Shown here in pieces: positions 1-7,857 of a stretch of DNA of 64,000 nt. The position numbers and the translations under genes are program-made. The stretch is from Acidobacteriota bacterium. GTDB lineage: Bacteria; Acidobacteriota; UBA6911; JACQSX01. How positions within the stretch are numbered: position 1 is the first letter of the stretch; each line of letters opens with the position of its first letter. The DNA lies in contig DASXQR010000228.1 in assembly GCA_036507075.1 (NCBI GenBank), forward strand, positions 42,098 through 106,097, read 5' to 3'. The notes below the pieces were generated by a model. That model did no database searches. It worked only from the letters and a program-made list of their open reading frames with translations, and was not told the origin of the DNA.

Positions 1-126
1 ATCGAGTTGTACAAATCGCCTACCTCAAGAATGGCTATTTTACCCCAGTGACGGTGTGTTACGGGTTACGAGTTGCGGCAGAGTCGCGACCGTAAGCGTG
101 GATTGTCCAACAAAATGAACCGCCAA

Positions 127-432
127 GATGGAGGGACTGAGGGATGGAGGGATGGAGGGATGGAGGGATGGAGGGATGGAGGGATGGAGGGATGGAGGGA
201 CGGAGGGACTGAGGGACGGAGGGATGGAGGGACGGAGGGATGGAGGGACGGAGGGATGGAGGGACGGAGGGATGGAGGGACGGAGGGAGGACTAGCCTGA
301 AATCCCCGTGACCCTCTCTATCCCTCTATCTCTTTGTCCCTCTATCCCTCTATCCCTCTATCCCTCTATCCCTCAATCCCTCTATCCCCCTATCCCTCTA
401 TCCCTCTGTCCCTTCCTCTCTCCATCCCTCTC
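127..432. repeat. Inverted pair of 8-mer tandem arrays (GAYGGAGG arm / TATCCCTC arm)
   Basis: 127-291 is tandem GATGGAGG/GACGGAGG; 312-432 is tandem TATCCCTC, the near reverse complement. Same unit recurs at 63342-63403. Confidence 0.9.
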
Positions 433-457
433 AATAGGGGTCTGTCCCCTTTTTTGC

Positions 458-841
458 TCAAACCTCGTATGTCGTAATCTCAATTTGAATCCCGTCAGGG
501 TCCTGAAAATAGATCGAGTGTGCCATATCGTGGTCTTCGAATTGAAATGGAATTCCTCGGCTGGATAATGCGGCTTGAGCCTGTTGAAAATCCTCACGCG
601 CGGCTCTGAAGGCGAGATGACGAATGCCTGCTTCGCCCGCGTCCGGGTGTTTCCATTTGGGCGCCTGTGGAGCGCGAAACAAAGCCACGCAGGTGGAACC
701 TGCGCAAAGCATGACAGGCATTTCCCAGTTTCGGTGGCGTCGCTCCAAACCCAAGACATCCCGGTACCAGGCGACCGACTCCTCCATGTCCGAAACATTG
801 ATGGCAATATGATCAATTCCTTCAAGCTTGAAGGTAGCCAT
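458..841 (-). CDS. VOC/glyoxalase/bleomycin-resistance family protein
   Basis: IDHIAINVSDMEESVAWYRDVLGL, RHLAF and YFQDPDGIQIEI motifs; AGGGA RBS upstream. Confidence 0.88.
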   Translation of the reverse strand: MATFKLEGIDHIAINVSDMEESVAWYRDVLGLERRHRNWEMPVMLCAGSTCVALFRAPQAPKWKHPDAGEAGIRHLAFRAAREDFQQAQAALSSRGIPFQFEDHDMAHSIYFQDPDGIQIEITTYEV

Positions 842-853
842 GGCAATTCCCTG

Positions 854-2194
854 TCAGAGGGCGCAGGTACGAAATCCGGCAAAGACGTCGCGGCGGTCCA
901 TGGTGTAGAAATTACGCCACGTGTTTCGAATCAGCCGCGAGCGGGTCGCCCAGCAACCGCCGCGCAGGACCTTGTAGTCACCGCCAAACCAGGGCTCCGA
1001 GTATTCTTTGTAGGGATCTGCGACAAAACCCGGATAAGGCTGGAACGCATCGGCTGTCCACTCCCACACGTTGCCGATCATCTGGCGACACCCGAAGGCG
1101 CTTTCCCCCTGCTTGCATGCGCTGACCGGGCTGCAACCGATCCAGTTTGCGTCCAGGGGAGCGAGCTCAGGCGACGGAGGCCGATCTCCCCAGGGGAAGC
1201 GTCGTTTCGTCTGTGAGCAGGCACCAAGGGGCGCAGGTTCTGCCGATGCCGCTTTTTCCCATTCTGCCTCAGTGGGCAGCCGGCGCCCCGCCCAGCGGCA
1301 ATAGGCCTGGGCCTCGTGCCAATTCACATGAATCAAGGCGACATCCTTCTCTAGCGGAATTATCTGATTGAAATGGCGCTGCAACCATTTGCCGGATGAA
1401 TCAGGAGTCCAGTACAGAGGATGTTGAGCCGCCGCACCCTCCTTCCAAAACCATCCACTGTCACTCCAGTGGCGGCGTTGCCGGTAGCCGCCGTCATTGA
1501 CAAAGTCGGTAAACTCGCCGTTGGTCACCGGGGTTCTTGCAATCAAAAATCGGCCGACGTCCACTGGATGGCACCACTTCTCGTTATCAAAAACGAACTC
1601 CTCGCCGCGCTCTGCTCCCAGCAGGAAGGCTCCCTCGGGAATTTCAATATCACGAAAAGGTTTTTCCTCTGAAGTCGATGCAGCAGGCGGCACAACCGCG
1701 TCGTTTGGCCGCGGCGCCGGATATGACAAGGTATGGCGCGTATAGGTGAACGCCTCGCCGTGCATGTCCTCATGCATCACAGCCAGCCAGTGGAAGTAAG
1801 CCTGTTGGTCTGTTGCTTCCTGACGTTCGAGTCCTTCCAGCACGCAGTCCAGAACATCCTGCATATATCTCAGCGTTTCTTTGCGAGAAGGGAGCGAGAG
1901 GTCCCAACGTGTGTCGTGCGCGACGGCGGCGGAATCCCACAATTGATCTGCATCTTTGCGGATCGACGGCAATCCACACAGGTGCCGCAACGCCCATTTC
2001 TCCTGGAACCAGGCAACGTGTCCGAGTTCCCACACTGGAGGATTAATGATAGAAAGAAGGGGAGTCTTCAACTGTTCGTCTGAAAGATCTGCCTGCAGTT
2101 CCAGCGTGCGCTTGCGGGTGTCCTGAAGCATGGAAATCAGTTCCCGCGAACTGAACACCTCCCTTTTCCGTGTTGTGCCAGTGTTGATGCTCAA
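854..2194 (-). CDS. senA: Selenoneine synthase SenA (EgtB-like, DinB_2 + FGE-sulfatase domains)
   Basis: INPPVWELGHVAWFQEKW, iron-binding HEDMHGE (HxxxHxE), RLPTEAEWEKAA, GNVWEW, FAGFRTCA; adjacent to senB. Start uncertain (TTG 2194 chosen; ORF track opens at 2380, overlapping senB). Confidence 0.82.
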   Translation of the reverse strand: MSINTGTTRKREVFSSRELISMLQDTRKRTLELQADLSDEQLKTPLLSIINPPVWELGHVAWFQEKWALRHLCGLPSIRKDADQLWDSAAVAHDTRWDLSLPSRKETLRYMQDVLDCVLEGLERQEATDQQAYFHWLAVMHEDMHGEAFTYTRHTLSYPAPRPNDAVVPPAASTSEEKPFRDIEIPEGAFLLGAERGEEFVFDNEKWCHPVDVGRFLIARTPVTNGEFTDFVNDGGYRQRRHWSDSGWFWKEGAAAQHPLYWTPDSSGKWLQRHFNQIIPLEKDVALIHVNWHEAQAYCRWAGRRLPTEAEWEKAASAEPAPLGACSQTKRRFPWGDRPPSPELAPLDANWIGCSPVSACKQGESAFGCRQMIGNVWEWTADAFQPYPGFVADPYKEYSEPWFGGDYKVLRGGCWATRSRLIRNTWRNFYTMDRRDVFAGFRTCAL

Positions 2195-2244
2195 GGAGAA
2201 TTCACCTGTATTGTTTCCGGAAAACATAACATAACCATGACTGT

Positions 2245-3216
2245 ATGAAAATTCGGATGATATCTCCGGCCCCCTCGCGAAGCCTTTACGGAAACAGCAT
2301 AACCAGCCTTCGATGGCAGGGCATTCTGGAAGAGCTGGGACACCGGGTCGAAGTGACGCAGAAGTATGGCGGCGAACCATGCGATCTTCTTGTTGCGCTG
2401 CATGCCAAGAAGAGCAGCCAGGCAGTATTTCGCTTCAGGGAAGCCTATCACGACAAGCCGATCATTGTTGCCCTTACCGGCACTGACGTTTATCGGGACA
2501 TGCGCCTGTCAGCGCGGGCGCGGCGGGCTATCGGCTTGGCAACGCGGTTGATTGTGCTGCAGCCGCTGGCTGTTCAGGAATTGCCGCCGGGCATGCGACG
2601 AAAGGCGCGCGTCATTTTCCAATCTGCTGAAAAAACAGACAACGCGAAGAATCGGAGCAGCCGTTTTTTTGATGTGTGTGTCGTGGGACATTTGCGGGCC
2701 GTCAAGGATCCGTTCCGAGCCGCGTACGCAAGTCGTCTCCTGCCGGCCGGCTCTAAGATTCGAGTATTTCACCTTGGGGACGCGCGAGATAGAGCATTGG
2801 CTGCAAAAGCGAGAACCGAGCAGAATCGCAACCCCCGCTATCGATGGCTGGGCAGCAAATCGCACGCAGAAACTCTTCGCCATATCGCTGCCAGCCGCCT
2901 TCTGGTATTAAGCTCACGCATGGAAGGCGGGGCGAACGTGATTTCGGAAGCCGTCGCAAATCGCGTGCCGATTCTCGCTTCCCGGATCCCCGGCACGCTG
3001 GGGCTGTTGGGCCGCTATTATCCCGGTTACTTTCCGGTGGGGGACACACGCTCGCTCGCTGACCTGCTGTTGAAATCCGAACAAGACAGGGCCTTTTATT
3101 CGAGACTGAAGGCCCACTGCTCGACCCTGGCACCTCTGTTTCGCCCTTCGTATGAAAAGCAAGCATGGATGGAATTGCTCGAGGAATTGAGATTGAAAGC
3201 CAGTCGTGTTGAGTAG
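2245..3216 (+). CDS. senB: Selenosugar synthase SenB (GT-B glycosyltransferase)
   Basis: N-terminal SPAPSRSLYGNSITSLRW, LVALHAKKS, VALTGTDVYRD, VGHLRAVKDPF, SSRMEGGANVISEA signatures of the SenB family; divergent from senA. Confidence 0.85.
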   Translation: MKIRMISPAPSRSLYGNSITSLRWQGILEELGHRVEVTQKYGGEPCDLLVALHAKKSSQAVFRFREAYHDKPIIVALTGTDVYRDMRLSARARRAIGLATRLIVLQPLAVQELPPGMRRKARVIFQSAEKTDNAKNRSSRFFDVCVVGHLRAVKDPFRAAYASRLLPAGSKIRVFHLGDARDRALAAKARTEQNRNPRYRWLGSKSHAETLRHIAASRLLVLSSRMEGGANVISEAVANRVPILASRIPGTLGLLGRYYPGYFPVGDTRSLADLLLKSEQDRAFYSRLKAHCSTLAPLFRPSYEKQAWMELLEELRLKASRVE

Positions 3217-3241
3217 AGTCTGTGAAGCCGGCCGCGTCTTA

Positions 3242-3336
3242 TTCACCGCCGAGCCGCTGAGTACGCCGAGATCTCGCGGAGGATGGGTTTTGAAGACTCC
3301 GCGAAATCTTGGCGATCTTAGCGGCTCGGCGGTGAA
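3242..3336. repeat. Palindromic element with 9-mer periodic arms
   Basis: TTCACCGCCGAGCCGCTGAG ... CTTAGCGGCTCGGCGGTGAA inverted arms. Confidence 0.85.
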
Positions 3337-3520
3337 AGCAGGGTGCCGATTCAAACGGGCCTGGATTCGTGCACGGCGCTCTTACACAACTGGACGGGCT
3401 TCCGGGGGTCTAAATTCGACAAAAAACCAACCATTCGCCTTCCTCAAGGGTCTAAGCCGGTACCAAATCGGCCTTCGGGAATTCCGCGCTTGAGACAAGG
3501 CCAGGAATTGCCCATGAAAT

Positions 3521-3546
3521 TGAACCTTTAAAACGCGGTTTTCGTA
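3521..3546 (+). promoter_or_regulatory. Putative ECF sigma promoter
   Basis: TGAAC-N17-CGTA 23 nt upstream of the DUF4097 gene (GGAGGT RBS follows). Confidence 0.5.
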
Positions 3547-3569
3547 TCAAACCGGAGTGGAGGTGGTAA

Positions 3570-4595
3570 ATGAAACTGACATTGAAGTCTGGCTTGTTCT
3601 TGTCTCTGCTGCTCGCGGGCGCCTGCTCGTGGGAAAGCGCCGCCCTCGAAGCGATGGGGTGGGAAGGAATAGATCGCACCGTAAATCGCACATTTCAGGT
3701 CAGGCCGGGGGGGAAACTCACCGTCGAATCCGATCTCGGCTCCATCCAGGTCAAGTCAACCAGCTCGGACCGGGTTGACGTCGAAGTGATCCGAAAGGTC
3801 AACGCGCGCGATGATGCGGAAGCGGATAAGATCTTAAGAGACCTGGACTTGCAGATCACCCAGTCGGGAAGTGATGTTCAGGTTCGCGCCAAGCTGCCTA
3901 GACATTTTGGCTGGGACAATTGGGGCAGGCATTTGCGACTGGCCTTCAATATTAATGTTCCGCGGAGCTTCAACGTCGACCTCCAGACTTCCGGCGGATC
4001 AATCGGAGTTGACGATCTGCAGGGAGAAGTACGAAGCAAGACCTCAGGCGGCAGTTTGAGATTTGGGCATATTCAGGGCCCCGTTCATGGAAGGACGTCC
4101 GGGGGAAGCATTCACCTGGATTCCTGCAACGGCAATGCCGACGTGGAGACATCAGGCGGCAGCATCCAGATGGGAGACGTCGAAGGTGATGTCAGAGCGG
4201 ACACATCGGGCGGCTCGATCCGAATCGCCCGAGTTCAAGGGACCGTAAAGGCGGAAACGTCCGGCGGCAGTATTGACGTGGAAGAAGTGATGGGCCAGAT
4301 TCAGGCAAGCACTTCGGGTGGGGGAGTTTCGGCAAGTATTTCGCGCCAGCCGCGCGGCGATTGCCGGCTCTCTACTTCCGGCGGCTCGATCAACGTCAAC
4401 CTGGCCGACAGAATCGCGGTCGACCTTGATGCCGAAACCAGCGGAGGACATGTACGGGTGGATTTTCCCGTCACGATTCAAGGCGCTATCAGCAAAACCG
4501 AACTTCGAACACCGCTGAATGGAGGCGGCCCAAAACTGTTTTTGCGCACCTCGGGGGGAAACGTCAACGTTCGCCGCTTGGGCGCCGACAAGTAG
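3570..4595 (+). CDS. DUF4097 family beta-strand repeat protein, secreted
   Basis: Signal peptide (LLAGAC, possible lipobox) followed by many TSGGSI repeats. Confidence 0.88.
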   Translation: MKLTLKSGLFLSLLLAGACSWESAALEAMGWEGIDRTVNRTFQVRPGGKLTVESDLGSIQVKSTSSDRVDVEVIRKVNARDDAEADKILRDLDLQITQSGSDVQVRAKLPRHFGWDNWGRHLRLAFNINVPRSFNVDLQTSGGSIGVDDLQGEVRSKTSGGSLRFGHIQGPVHGRTSGGSIHLDSCNGNADVETSGGSIQMGDVEGDVRADTSGGSIRIARVQGTVKAETSGGSIDVEEVMGQIQASTSGGGVSASISRQPRGDCRLSTSGGSINVNLADRIAVDLDAETSGGHVRVDFPVTIQGAISKTELRTPLNGGGPKLFLRTSGGNVNVRRLGADK

Positions 4596-4597
4596 GA

Positions 4598-4624
4598 GTT
4601 GAGCACGAAAATTCGTGCTCAACC
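4598..4624 (+). terminator. Hairpin after DUF4097 gene
   Basis: GTTGAGCACGAA-AA-TTCGTGCTCAAC perfect stem; no clear U-tract. Confidence 0.45.
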
Positions 4625-4777
4625 CCCACACCGTAAACTCTGCGCCCGGACAGCAAAATCTTCCGGTTGAGCCCGGCTTACCCCTACCTCCTTTCCTCGA
4701 TTTACACCTCTTATTTCGTCGAATTAAGCCGTGAAAATGGGCCTTCCATCAAAAGGTTTAAGACGATTAACCCGAGT

Positions 4778-4793
4778 TGGCATCTCTTTTGCT
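4778..4793 (+). promoter_or_regulatory. Sigma54 -24/-12 promoter
   Basis: TGGCATCTCTTTTGCT matches TGGCAC-N5-TTGCW with one mismatch and exact GG-N10-GC spacing. Confidence 0.7.
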
Positions 4794-4884
4794 TAACCAA
4801 GCCATAGAAGTTTGAAGGATAGCAGTCATGGAAGCTGAGACAAGGGTCTCTGGAGAAAATCAGATAAGGCTTTAGGAGAGAGTC

Positions 4885-5058
4885 ATGTACGACATTTTGG
4901 GAATTCTTTTTCTGGTTTCGATCAGTGCAATTTTCCTCTTAATTCCGCTCGCTGTTGGGGCGATGCTGGTGTGGATCTTCGATCGATTGGTTCCGTTATT
5001 TAATTCTCGCCGCAGCACATTTTCATTCCACAGAAAGCCCACCGGAGTTGAACGCTGA
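4885..5058 (+). CDS. Small membrane protein (57 aa), paralog of 40298-40468
   Basis: MYDILGILFLVSISAIFLLIPLAVGAMLVWIFDR...; AGGAG RBS; 22/34 identical N-terminal residues with the ORF at 40298-40468. Not in the ORF track. Confidence 0.75.
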   Translation: MYDILGILFLVSISAIFLLIPLAVGAMLVWIFDRLVPLFNSRRSTFSFHRKPTGVER

Positions 5059-5067
5059 TTTCCATTA

Positions 5068-5131
5068 ACACGAATTTCACGAATCTTTTGAATGACTTCG
5101 TGAAATTCGTGTCCATTCGTGAGAATTCGTG
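5068..5131. repeat. CACGAA/TTCGTG 9-mer palindromic repeat family
   Basis: ACACGAATTTCACGAAT ... TTCGTGAAATTCGTG; further copies at 59501-59581 and 61823-61918. Confidence 0.85.
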
Positions 5132-5133
5132 AC

Positions 5134-6363
5134 TTACCAGTTTGTTATCGATCCATCCGGCCGGCGGAACATCGGAATCGGCCGGGAAACCTGTGTCACC
5201 TCCACAACTTTAGTTGCGCGCTCCGGATTAAATTCCACACCCAGACCAGGACGTTCATTGGGCCATAACTTGCCGTTCCTGAAATCAAAATGCGCCGGCA
5301 AATGAGCTTCGTTACGAGGCCCTGCGCCAGTCATCTCCATCAGAACGGGAACAGATGCTGCTCCGCACGCATGGACGAGAGCCGCCGTGGATACCGGCCC
5401 GGTAAAATGCGGTATTAGTCCCACGTAATGCGTCTCGCATAATGCGGCCAGTTTCATGAATTCGGTCAAGCCTCCCACATTGGGTATGGTGACCCGCGAA
5501 AAGTCGATCAATTGCTGTTCTACCAGTTCGTTGACCTGCCATTTATCTCCATAGTGTTCGCCCACGGCTATCGGGACTTTCACCTGCTGTCGCAGCGTTC
5601 GATATACCCCGGCATTTTCCGAGCGAACCAGATCTTCCGTAAAAAACGGCTCAAGATCCTCAATCAGGCTGCTTAGTCGCACCGCATCGGCAAAATCAAG
5701 ACGGGTGTGGTAGTCAATCGCCCAATCGCCGTCTGGACCCACTCCCTCGCGAATTTCTTTGCAGTTTTCGTGAGTCTTTCTCACCATACGCTTGGAATCG
5801 AAAGGGTTATCACGGCCCGGATCCGCGACCGACGTTCGGAAGGCGCGAAAGCCGGCTTCCATGCAGGCGCGCGCGGTTTCCTTCAGACTTCCCTTGCTCG
5901 GAAAACCGGTGGCATAACATTCCACATAGTCACGCGTCAGGCCACCCAGCAGTTGATGAACCGGCAGCCCCAGCGCTTTCCCTTTAATGTCCCACAAAGC
6001 GAGATCGAATGCCCCAAGCGCGTGAAGTTTTTCTCTTCCCGGCGGATAAAAATAACCACGATACATCAACTGCCAGAGATGCTCGATGCGGGCAGGATCT
6101 TCGCCGATGACCATTCCGGCGAGCTGTTCGATGGTGTCCCTGGACCCTCCCTCTCCTATGCCGGTAATACCTTGATCTGTTTCGACAGTCACGATACCGG
6201 TGCTTTGGTTGAAAGTGGGCCGTTGATTGGGAACCTGATAATATCGAACCCGGACAATCTTCATTTTCTGCAGGGCTGCAGACAGCAAGGTGCTGCATTT
6301 CTGCGCAACCAGCATCGAGCCGGCCGCGTACATCATCGATTTCAGGAACTGGCGCTTGTTCAT
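5134..6363 (-). CDS. Mandelate racemase/muconate lactonizing (enolase superfamily) enzyme, galactonate dehydratase-like, Tat-like signal
   Basis: MNKRQFLK signal; VETDQGITGIGE, DLALWDIKGK, IDYHTR, EDL, GEH motifs. Confidence 0.85.
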   Translation of the reverse strand: MNKRQFLKSMMYAAGSMLVAQKCSTLLSAALQKMKIVRVRYYQVPNQRPTFNQSTGIVTVETDQGITGIGEGGSRDTIEQLAGMVIGEDPARIEHLWQLMYRGYFYPPGREKLHALGAFDLALWDIKGKALGLPVHQLLGGLTRDYVECYATGFPSKGSLKETARACMEAGFRAFRTSVADPGRDNPFDSKRMVRKTHENCKEIREGVGPDGDWAIDYHTRLDFADAVRLSSLIEDLEPFFTEDLVRSENAGVYRTLRQQVKVPIAVGEHYGDKWQVNELVEQQLIDFSRVTIPNVGGLTEFMKLAALCETHYVGLIPHFTGPVSTAALVHACGAASVPVLMEMTGAGPRNEAHLPAHFDFRNGKLWPNERPGLGVEFNPERATKVVEVTQVSRPIPMFRRPDGSITNW

Positions 6364-6454
6364 GGAGTTCCTCCCGGTTTTCTGCAACTTCCAATTCTCG
6401 TCGCAACAGAACAGAAGGTGCAAGAAACAATATTGGAAATGATAAATTGCAGGT

Positions 6455-7282
6455 ATGAAAAGGACTTTTTCACTACAAAGACACAAAAGAAGACGAGGGG
6501 CAGGCGGAATCCGGTCAATTTCGATAATACCGGGAAAGTACACACTTTCCCTGACCGGATTCCGCCTGCCCCTCGTCTTCTTTTGTGTCCTTGGTGTCTT
6601 TGTGGTGAAGATTTCCCCGCAGGCGCCCGCCAATCCAACAGCGGAACAGATTCTTGAAAAGTACGTCCAGGCCTGCGGCGGGCGCGCGGCAATCGGCGGC
6701 CTCATCAGTCGCGTATCCAAGGGCCGCAGGATGTATTCGAACGGATCCGTCGAATGGTTCGAGCTTTACTTGAAGGCTCCCGACAAATGGCTGGCCATCT
6801 ACAAGACCGATAAGAGCATGGAACGGTATGGTTTTGACGGGAGCCGCGGATGGTTTGATGCTCATTGGCCGGACATTTCCAAGCTTCCCCGCGAGGTTGA
6901 TCTTTACACCCCACTCAGGCTCAGAGAATGGTATCCGGATATGAAATTCGTGGGTATTGCAAGAGTCGAGGACAGGACGACATATGTGACCGAAGGAAGC
7001 TGGTCCGGGCGCCCGCCCGATCGCTATTACTTTGATGCTGAAACGGGGCTGTTGCTGCGGCAGGATGACAGAGCGCGCACCACCGTCTCCCGCGGCTCAG
7101 ATTCGAAGACTCAAGAGACTGCAAACAAGCCGGTCGAGTATTACTTCAGCCAATATCGAAGTGTGAAAGGCGTCAAGTTGCCCTTTGTCGTCAGACGCAA
7201 AGACAGCAGCGGAGTTCGCACCGAGATTTTCCATGAGATCCGGCACGACGTGCCGATACCGGATTCGAAGTTCTGGCGTTAA
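6455..7282 (+). CDS. Secreted hypothetical protein (LolA-like/DUF620-like)
   Basis: PTAEQILEKYVQACGG and YYFDAETGLLLR, YRSVKGVKLPF motifs; N-terminus is encoded by a palindromic repeat, start uncertain. Confidence 0.7.
   Translation: MKRTFSLQRHKRRRGAGGIRSISIIPGKYTLSLTGFRLPLVFFCVLGVFVVKISPQAPANPTAEQILEKYVQACGGRAAIGGLISRVSKGRRMYSNGSVEWFELYLKAPDKWLAIYKTDKSMERYGFDGSRGWFDAHWPDISKLPREVDLYTPLRLREWYPDMKFVGIARVEDRTTYVTEGSWSGRPPDRYYFDAETGLLLRQDDRARTTVSRGSDSKTQETANKPVEYYFSQYRSVKGVKLPFVVRRKDSSGVRTEIFHEIRHDVPIPDSKFWR
6469..6609. repeat. 141-bp palindromic element (CACCACAAAGACAC family)
   Basis: TTCACTACAAAGACACAAAAGAAGACGAGGGGCAGGCGGAATCCGGTCA ... TGACCGGATTCCGCCTGCCCCTCGTCTTCTTTTGTGTC...TTTGTGGTGAA. 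Confidence 0.9.
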
Positions 7283-7327
7283 AAAACCTCTCGCCTGCCA
7301 AGCTAGAATCAAAGCAGGGGAGATAAC

Positions 7328-7771
7328 ATGCTTCGCAAACTGATCGAAACAGATGATAGCCTCGCTGGTTTTGTGCTGAGAATAATGTTGGGAATTGTCT
7401 TCTTTCCTCATGGCGCCCAGAAGATGCTCGGATGGTATGGCGGTCAAGGCCTCCAAACCACCATCGCGGGCTTCGGCTCCCAGGGAATACCTGCATTCCT
7501 GGCCTACCTTGTCGTCTTCGCGGAATTCTTCGGCTCGCTGGGCCTCGTCCTGGGCCTGCTGACCAGAATCGCGGCACTAGGTATCGCAGTGATCATGGCA
7601 GTGGCAATTTTCATGGTTCATATCCGCTTCGGATTTTTCATGAACTGGGTTGGCAATCAGCCCGGTGAAGGGTTTGAATACCACTTGCTGGCAATAGCGA
7701 TCGCCGTGGCTTTACTGATCCGTGGCGGCGAGCGGTGGTCCATCGATGGCTGGCTCGCCCGCCGCAGCTAG
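7328..7771 (+). CDS. DoxX family membrane protein
   Basis: LRIMLGIVFFPHGAQK, AEFFG, GLLTRIAA, GFEYHLL, WSIDG. Confidence 0.9.
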   Translation: MLRKLIETDDSLAGFVLRIMLGIVFFPHGAQKMLGWYGGQGLQTTIAGFGSQGIPAFLAYLVVFAEFFGSLGLVLGLLTRIAALGIAVIMAVAIFMVHIRFGFFMNWVGNQPGEGFEYHLLAIAIAVALLIRGGERWSIDGWLARRS

Positions 7772-7780
7772 ACGCCCTGA

Positions 7781-7839
7781 ATTGGGGGACAGTCCCCTTT
7801 TTGAATTGAATTGGGGGACAGTCCCCTTTTTTCCCCAAT
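7781..7839. repeat. GGGGACAGTCCCC REP-like repeats
   Basis: Two AATTGGGG(G)ACAGTCCCCTTT units; larger clusters at 43591-43748 and 49395-49464, variants at 437-450 and 63243-63257. Confidence 0.85.
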
Positions 7840-7857
7840 TAGGCGCCAGAATAAGGG

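Noticed and set aside
73..568. ORFs 73-300 and 308-568
   Set aside because: Translations of the 8-mer arrays (EGWRDGG, SIPLSL); low-complexity artefacts.
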